Shown: positions 57,968 to 64,000 of the stretch, piece by piece
Position numbering within the stretch: position 1 is the stretch's first letter
Layout: each line of letters opens with the position of its first letter
Source of the DNA: Gammaproteobacteria bacterium
GTDB lineage: Bacteria; Pseudomonadota; Gammaproteobacteria; Eutrophobiales; Eutrophobiaceae
Length of the DNA stretch: 64,000 nt
Reading direction: 5' to 3'
Assembly: GCA_965221695.1 (NCBI GenBank)
Contig: OZ244905.1
Span: 2,048,001 to 2,112,000, forward strand
Translations under genes and position numbers: made by a program
Notes under the pieces: model-generated
The model's database searches: none
Told to the model about the DNA's origin: nothing
Seen by the model: only the letters and a program-made list of their open reading frames with translations

Positions 57968-58624
57968 TTATTTCAAGCCCTGTTGTAAAGTCGGTGAGAT
58001 TTCGTGGCTAAGCGGTGCCCCCTGGTTGCGGGGATTGTTCACACGGCTGCTGACGGGATACGCTTCCATCTTCCCTGTAAAAGGCCCGAGCAAACCTTGG
58101 CCACCGTCATTGAGCCATGCGTCGTAGTCAGTCGGCGTGATAATGGCCGGCATGCGGTCGTGGATCCCGGCCAGTGCCTCGCAGACTGTTGTCGTGATGA
58201 TGGCGAAGGTCTCAACCGGGCCGTCCGGCCCCTGCCAGCAGGACCAGAGTCCAGCAAGTGATAACAGGTCTGCACCTGCCAGGCGAATGAAGTACGGCTG
58301 CTTGCGGCCGTTTTGCTTGCGCCACTCGTAATAGCCGTTGACCGGCACCAGGCAGCGATTGCGCTTGAATGCATCCCGGAACCAGGGTTTATCAGCCAGG
58401 GTCTCGGCGCGGGCATTAATAGGTTTGACTGCGGGGTCCTTCGCCCAGCGGGGGATGAACCCCCAACGGCAGACGGCCGCTTCCCTGTCGGTCGCTTGAC
58501 GCACTACCGGTACCTGCGCCGACGGGGCGATATTGTAACCACCGTTGAAATCCGGGACCGTGTCCAGACCGTAGTGGTCTGCCAACCGGTCCGCATCGCT
58601 GCTCAGCACAAATCGTCCGCACAT
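57968..58624 (-). CDS. SOS response-associated peptidase (SRAP/YedK/HMCES)
   Basis: MCGRF, YNIAP, INARAET, GYYEW, IHDRMP. Confidence 0.95.
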   Translation of the reverse strand: MCGRFVLSSDADRLADHYGLDTVPDFNGGYNIAPSAQVPVVRQATDREAAVCRWGFIPRWAKDPAVKPINARAETLADKPWFRDAFKRNRCLVPVNGYYEWRKQNGRKQPYFIRLAGADLLSLAGLWSCWQGPDGPVETFAIITTTVCEALAGIHDRMPAIITPTDYDAWLNDGGQGLLGPFTGKMEAYPVSSRVNNPRNQGAPLSHEISPTLQQGLK

Positions 58625-58895
58625 AATACACTGTCTCATGTGAAAACCGGCGCATAGACATGAGGACGGCGCCGGTTGTCAGGCATCGGAACCGACAGTC
58701 CTGACACCACAGCCGGTCCGTGTCAACAAATCCCGAACGGTTTATGTCTCACATCCGGCTGCCTAATCATCTGCATCTTGATTCATGAATTTATTAGATG
58801 ATAGATACGGACCAGATCAAGAGACAAAACCCTCAGACTGTCCATTATAACAAGCCGAAGGTGGCAGAACAGTCCGTTATATACGTCTTGGCATG

Positions 58896-58976
58896 ACTGG
58901 ACGCAAACCGAACAACCCCGCTTCAAGCTTCTGAACAACGGCCCGCAAAGCCTGTCCGATACGGAATTGATCGCGC
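58896..58976 (+). repeat. 81-bp direct copy of radC 5' coding region (54744-54824)
   Basis: 79/81 identical by manual alignment. Confidence 0.95.
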
Positions 58977-59024
58977 CTGTCTGTCTTTGTAAAAGCACCT
59001 ATTGATCAATATACTTGGGGGGTT

Positions 59025-59831
59025 ATGGCTACTAAACTGAATATATTAGAGGTCTACAGATTTTCTTTTTCGTTGATGATCAAAATAATAGTTCCATATT
59101 TAGTTCCAGCAGCAGCCTTGAGTATTGGTTGGTACATTTTAGTGATGTTGATTGATGGAATGCAGCAACCGGGAACTGAGGATGCGTTTTTGTTCGCAGT
59201 TGAAGCGTCATTATATATATGTGCGGTGTTTTTCTATATTGTGCTGCCGGTCTTGATCATTAAGCTGCTATTTCATAGTGGAACGCAACAGGCCTTGGTA
59301 TTAGATAGCGACTTTACTATCAGGAAAATCGTAATAAGCCCAGGGTTCATCACATGTTTATTCAAATTTTTTTGTATGTCGATAATGTTCACAATAATAT
59401 TATCCCTGCCGATATCTTTTTCCTTCCTTCTATGGCCTGAAATCATTCAGCCAATTTCGATTACGGTTGTTATACGTGTATTGCTTCACACGTTACCGTT
59501 TATTTTATTGCTCTATATAGCATTGAGGCATTTACCAACATTTATGCTGGCATCGGCTGCTTCGGTAATTGATAATCTCAGCGTTGTGAACAGTGTTAAA
59601 CGTGGTTACTCCCTTTCTTCCTCTCACTGGTTTAAAATTTCGACAATGATATTAACTCCTCTGATCTTATTTCAGGAGGCGCTTAAGTCATCTGGGCTCT
59701 GGGTACTAAATTATCATTTTGATGATATAACCGGGATGTTGTTGGTGGTAGGTTTTGTCTTACTTGGATATATATTTACTCCAGTACTTTACGCTATATT
59801 ATTATCAAAATGTTATTTTGATCTGAAATAA
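59025..59831 (+). CDS. Hypothetical multi-pass membrane protein, AT-rich
   Basis: 268 aa ORF with about 6 hydrophobic segments; GC visibly lower than core genes. Confidence 0.65.
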   Translation: MATKLNILEVYRFSFSLMIKIIVPYLVPAAALSIGWYILVMLIDGMQQPGTEDAFLFAVEASLYICAVFFYIVLPVLIIKLLFHSGTQQALVLDSDFTIRKIVISPGFITCLFKFFCMSIMFTIILSLPISFSFLLWPEIIQPISITVVIRVLLHTLPFILLLYIALRHLPTFMLASAASVIDNLSVVNSVKRGYSLSSSHWFKISTMILTPLILFQEALKSSGLWVLNYHFDDITGMLLVVGFVLLGYIFTPVLYAILLSKCYFDLK

Positions 59832-59836
59832 TCTAA

Positions 59837-59919
59837 GGAAGCTCTGAACAAGTCCATCCAGGACTTGTCAGAGCACATCCCTGTACCGTTGGAACCTCTG
59901 ACTTAATCTCAGAGGTTCC
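59837..59919. mobile_element. Family A MITE, best-preserved copy
   Basis: GGAAGCTCTGAACAAGTCCATCCAGGACTTGTCAGAG...GGAACCTCTGACTTAATCTCAGAGGTTCC. Confidence 0.8.
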
Positions 59920-59966
59920 CAAATTGTGATTGATAATCCTGATATCGAATATCACTGAGAAGAACG

Positions 59967-60166
59967 ATAAAGGCCCTGCAATCCCCCCCCCCACACCCTG
60001 GTGGTATCGTGAAACGGCAATGCCTGGAACCGCTAGACCCTACCGTGACATGCGCAGCTAAGGGACTCGGGGTCACACGGCAAGCGCTGTCAGAGTTGGT
60101 AAATGAGCGAACGGAAATCTCGGTGGAGATGGCAATCCGGCTTTAAAAGCATTAGGCTCGACACAT
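59967..60166 (+). pseudogene. higA: HigA/VapI-type antitoxin relic
   Basis: PPHPGGIVKRQCLEPL..TVT.AAKGLGVTRQALSELVNE..ISVEMAIRL, then frameshift/stop before KALGST; no ATG. Confidence 0.8.
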
Positions 60167-60280
60167 CTCCAATTGTTTAAGTCAAGAATATCAAACACTA
60201 TCTGAAGTGTAGAAGGGAGGAGAAATCGATCAATCGGCCAGAATAAGCCGTAATAAGCCAGAATGGGCCAACTATCTGTT

Positions 60281-61675
60281 TCATAATGCCTTCCAGCGGG
60301 CGCCGGGACCACGTCCCGTGGATTCGGCCAAACTCTTGGACTTCAGAATAGCAAGGTCTTCTCGCACGCGTCGCACGTTCATCTGCTGACCTAATAGAGC
60401 GCGTATTTCCCGGAGCGCAAGAGCATGGTGGGAACGACGCAACAGCGACAGGACCGCGTCCTGTTGTTCTGTCAAACCACTTGCGAATTGTTCATCTGCC
60501 ACATGGTCTGCCCGCCGGAAACGGACGGTGACAGAATCGCCACGTTCCTCAATTTCAGGGCAGGGCAAGCCAGCGGAGGTCGCCAAATCTGCCATTCTTA
60601 GGGTGCCCCGACCCCACTCCTCAATGATGCCGCGGCGGTAGAACGTGCGCGCAATCAGCGGGTTCCACGGACGAGACTCGTGCGGACTGAACAGAGCGTC
60701 CGGCGTCAGTCCGAAGTGCAGTGGGCCCGTGGAGGTCACCTCCAAGCGGTCATCGTAAACAGCGAGACCAATCGAGCCGCCACCCATTGCATAGTCGCGA
60801 TGGCACAGGGCGTTAGCGATCGCTTCACGCGTGGCAAGCGGCGGATATAGTGGCTCGTCGATACGCTGCATTCTGCCTGAGACGAAGCGGCTCGCGATCG
60901 GCAAAGTATCACGGAGGAATCGTTGGGCATTTGCAAGAAGCGTGAAAGCATTGCCGATGAATTGCCGGTTGTCCAAGAACTCTGATCTGTCGAAGCCCCG
61001 AAAGCGTGCTACGCGGAGCAGACATTGCGGCATATCACATTCCAGTCGCTCTGCCTTGCCAAACAGTGCTGCCGCCGCCCGGAAAAGGACTCCGTCTCGC
61101 ATGAGTCCCAAGCCGTGTAACAGATCTTTCGGGTCCCGGCTGCCCGGTTCGTTCAGGCGTCCATTTAACACCGCCTCAGCGACCGTGTTACGGAGTTCCG
61201 CCACATCCAAGTCATCGATAGTCCACCCAGCAGCAGGCTGGTTTTCCCAACGTAGATCATTGTGCATACGTTCGAAGAGCAGGCGGTTGTATTCATCGGT
61301 AGACATGCTCAGGGTTGTGTTTCCGACACGTCGGTAAGATACTCCCCGATACTGATACGGAAGAGATGAACCTGGACTGACGCGAATTGCTATCACCTCG
61401 CGTACCTCTGAGATTCGCACCCTCTCTATCTCAGGAAATGCCGGCGGATCGATCCGTTGTATCTCCGCGCTTACCTCCTCGAGCGTGCGATCACTTACCT
61501 GCTGGCCTTGCACATTGCCCTCCTGCGTGACACCAAAGAGCACATGTCCACCCCGATAATTGAGCATAGCGCAAATTGTCCTCGCGGCCTCGCGTCGGGT
61601 TCCCGTCGTGGCCTTGAACTCCAGCTTTTCAGATTCCCCGGACGCAACAAGCGCCATAACTTGCTCAGGTGTCAT
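60281..61675 (-). CDS. AlbA_2 (Schlafen-like) + HATPase_c_4 + HTH protein
   Basis: GESEKLEFK, CAMLN..GG.VLFGV, REAIANALCHRDY, WNPLIA, EEWGRG. Confidence 0.88.
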   Translation of the reverse strand: MTPEQVMALVASGESEKLEFKATTGTRREAARTICAMLNYRGGHVLFGVTQEGNVQGQQVSDRTLEEVSAEIQRIDPPAFPEIERVRISEVREVIAIRVSPGSSLPYQYRGVSYRRVGNTTLSMSTDEYNRLLFERMHNDLRWENQPAAGWTIDDLDVAELRNTVAEAVLNGRLNEPGSRDPKDLLHGLGLMRDGVLFRAAAALFGKAERLECDMPQCLLRVARFRGFDRSEFLDNRQFIGNAFTLLANAQRFLRDTLPIASRFVSGRMQRIDEPLYPPLATREAIANALCHRDYAMGGGSIGLAVYDDRLEVTSTGPLHFGLTPDALFSPHESRPWNPLIARTFYRRGIIEEWGRGTLRMADLATSAGLPCPEIEERGDSVTVRFRRADHVADEQFASGLTEQQDAVLSLLRRSHHALALREIRALLGQQMNVRRVREDLAILKSKSLAESTGRGPGARWKAL

Positions 61676-61863
61676 CTATAGGATTACCGTCATCGATTCT
61701 ATGTCCGTTATTCTAGGCCTTGCCCGTCCTTCTCAATTTGTATTACTTGACTACCACATCATAGCATCAGTAAGAATACGCTACTACTCTCTCTCTCTTG
61801 CACTCTCTCTCTTGCAGTAGAGACCTCGTCACCATCTCCCCGCATATTGATTAATGTATATAT

Positions 61864-61889
61864 TTCTTGCGCTATATAATATGCAAGAA
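61864..61889. promoter_or_regulatory. Inverted-repeat operator candidate upstream of XRE gene
   Basis: TTCTTGC-N12-GCAAGAA enclosing TATAAT. Confidence 0.45.
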
Positions 61890-61910
61890 TAAAGCGTGTC
61901 GGAGGAGGTC

Positions 61911-62958
61911 ATGGCTCCACAACAAATAGGCAAGCGGATCAAAGCGCTTCGCGACAAGCGCGGACTTTCCCAGGACGAACTTGCGCGTGAGTTCGGCTTC
62001 AAAGACCGACAAACCCTATCCGCCATTGAGACCGGGGTTCGCCGCGTGACCGCAGAAGAACTTGTGCTTGCAGTCGAAATACTGGAAGCGGCACTCGGGA
62101 GTCGAACCAGCGAAACTCAATGAGTATGAACGCGATGCAAGCCGCTGGATAGCAGCATATCGCACGCTGGCACCATAGGTCGGACGTGATACTCCACTGA
62201 TGCGCCAGGCGCTGGGTCTGACCCGCCACTCGAGTTTTGAAGATGCCGCGTTTATCGGCGAACGGTTTGTAACCAAGTTCAAACTTGGCGACACGCCGGC
62301 AATGCGTCTTGCCGAAATCATGCAGCAGGAGCTGGACATCCTGGTACTCATGGTCGATACCTGCGAGGGTATTTCCGGCGCGGCTTGCCGCCTGCCTGAC
62401 CTGGATACCGTCCTGATTGCGCGCCATGAGATCGAGGGGCGCCGCCATTTCGATCTCGCGCACGAGTTGTTTCACATCCTCACCTGGGATGTTATGCCGC
62501 CTGAGCATTATGAAGAAATACTGGAAACCGGCGGCAATCGGGTGGAACAGCTTGCCAACAGCTTCGCTTCTGCGCTATTGATGCCAAGTGCGGTCTTGGA
62601 AAAATACGGGGATTGGTCGAGCTTGGCAGAAAACGAACTTATCGCAAAGCTCAACACCGTGGCGGACGAATTGCGCGTCACCTCTTCGGCACTACGCTGG
62701 CGACTGGTTACGCTCGGTAAACTGAAACCAGCCGTGGCGCGCGCCTTGCCAGACGCCGCTTTGCGCAACAATGGCCGCAAAGTCGCGGCGGACGAGCCTC
62801 CACCCCTGTTTTCCAAACCATTCACCGAAGTCCTGGGGCTTGCCATTCAGCAAGGAATTGTATCGGTGCGTCGCGTAGCCGGATTGCTAAATCTTACCGT
62901 GGACGATCTGGCGGATTTATTCGCCGCGCACGGCGTCGACTGTGCTATCGAGTTGTGA
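61911..62958 (+). pseudogene. XRE HTH + ImmA/IrrE metallopeptidase, disrupted
   Basis: HTH (GLSQDELA..RQTLSAIETG) out of frame with the peptidase part; in-frame TAG near 62176; LAHELFH and EQLANSFASALLMP intact. Confidence 0.8.
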
Positions 62959-62964
62959 AACGTG

Positions 62965-63006
62965 ATGGCGCGACACCAGGGCACCGTACTCGCAGATACG
63001 AATGTC
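62965..63006 (+). pseudogene. Truncated PIN-domain gene start
   Basis: MARHQGTVLADTNV (PIN N-terminal motif), then loss of similarity and stop at 63027. Confidence 0.55.
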
Positions 63007-63023
63007 GATAACTTTAGTCTCAA

Positions 63024-63554
63024 CTAAGACAGTTTGAAGGATACGGGTTGGTCGGATGGATCAGTCGGTTTATAAATCTGAAGGCGATTTTGGATTTCTG
63101 AATCAGGCAATCGGCATCTTGAGTGAGCTGCGATCTTTTGCAGGCCAACATACAAATCGTCACCACCCACAATGCCTTGAGCCAACATCTGATCGAACAG
63201 CCACAAAACACCGTGGCAAGCGACATCCTCTTCCTTGGCGAGCTTGCGCAATCTTCCATCGCCGGAGAGCAATGTCCAAGAGTTAGTCTTTGCCAAGCTG
63301 AGAGCGAAGCTGTCGGGCAGGGAAAGTGTCGGATCATCACGACGGTAACTCATAGCGAGTGAAACCGCATTACCATCAAGTTCCTCAATCCGAAGTCCAA
63401 GTCCGAGCAGTTCCGGCCCACCATATTCTTTAAGTTCGCGTTCATAAAGCAAATCAGGAACGGCAAAGCCGAAATCCAGACGAAAAACTTGCCTCAGAAG
63501 TTCGCCACGCTCAAGGTCGATAAGAACCGAAGTATCCGACACCAGGACATTCAC
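63024..63554 (-). CDS. PIN domain protein
   Basis: VSDTSVLIDL, LSLPD, LLSGDGRLR, HGVLWL. Confidence 0.88.
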   Translation of the reverse strand: MNVLVSDTSVLIDLERGELLRQVFRLDFGFAVPDLLYERELKEYGGPELLGLGLRIEELDGNAVSLAMSYRRDDPTLSLPDSFALSLAKTNSWTLLSGDGRLRKLAKEEDVACHGVLWLFDQMLAQGIVGGDDLYVGLQKIAAHSRCRLPDSEIQNRLQIYKPTDPSDQPVSFKLS

Positions 63555-64000
63555 TGGGCATGGGCTTCGTCAGCAGCGGCCTTTATAGCGGGAGGCTCAT
63601 CCATCAGGCGATTCAACTCGCGTGCGGAGATACCGAGTAATTCGGCAGCCTTGGCTTCGGATATTGCACCTTCCGACAAGGCGCGAAAACACAGCCGTTC
63701 GAACCGCGAGGGTTGCTCTCCGGGCATGGCATACGGCTCCTGGTATGGAGGGTTGCGCCATCCAAGGCGATCGAATTCGTTGAACAGATGCCGAAAGAGG
63801 GAAGTGTCGAAGATCCCAAGATCCTTGCAACGGTAGGTCAGGGCCTGAACACTCACGCCAAATAACCTCTTGAGATCGAACAGCTCACCCCAGCCGATGG
63901 ACTTGCGGTGTTTGCCCATCTCAGCCCGCAACGTCTCAGCCGGCATTAAGAACGCGCCGGCGAAGCGATGCGCGGCTTTTTCTCCATCAACCTTCGGCGC
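63551..64000 (-). CDS. ImmA/IrrE-family metallopeptidase C-terminal part (runs off window)
   Basis: EKAAHRFAGAFLMP, FGVSVQALTYR, ISEAKAAELLG; overlaps PIN start. Confidence 0.85.
   Translation of the reverse strand, partial: APKVDGEKAAHRFAGAFLMPAETLRAEMGKHRKSIGWGELFDLKRLFGVSVQALTYRCKDLGIFDTSLFRHLFNEFDRLGWRNPPYQEPYAMPGEQPSRFERLCFRALSEGAISEAKAAELLGISARELNRLMDEPPAIKAAADEAHAQ

Noticed and set aside
61787-61816. (CT)n-TGCA tandem duplication
   Set aside because: Short low-complexity repeat with no supportable function
1-64000. Numerous overlapping antisense ORFs of 60-300 aa in the ORF track
   Set aside because: Typical shadow ORFs of GC-rich coding strands, lying over well-supported genes

Overview
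Chromosomal window of a gammaproteobacterium (inferred from gene content and order; possibly marine or host-associated), mostly housekeeping genes with three accessory blocks. Left: an iron cluster (Fe3+ ABC permease and binding protein, FecA-like TonB receptor, bfd, bfr) with four Fur-box-like sites. Attached to it is the most interesting locus: a type I-secreted RTX-type protein with a (Gly-Asp)67 tract, followed by an Asp/Asn beta-hydroxylase-family dioxygenase, with a near-perfect Fur box upstream and a convergent uncharacterised helical-barrel-type enzyme. My hypothesis is an iron-regulated, ribosomally made, post-translationally hydroxylated poly-Asp metal chelator. Middle: prlC, xth, rpmE, a DARS-like DnaA-box cluster, a candidate sigmaE-driven sRNA, engB, cytochrome c4 with system II biogenesis genes, a Co-type nitrile hydratase operon, uvrD, pmbA, a Panacea TA pair, msbA, prkB, hemCDXY, gshB-tonB-yqgE-ruvX-pyrRBC-pyrK, an orphan sigma54-driven pqqA missed by the ORF track, yggS-proC-yggT, pyrE, algC, coaBC, radC. 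Right: a defence/TA island (AAA ATPase + DUF3226-like, SRAP, higA relic, AlbA_2 protein, two convergent ImmA/IrrE + PIN modules) containing an 81-bp copy of the radC 5' end. Three small repeat families are dispersed between genes. No rRNA, tRNA, CRISPR array or intact transposase/integrase was seen. All family assignments are by eye from motifs; no database searches were run.
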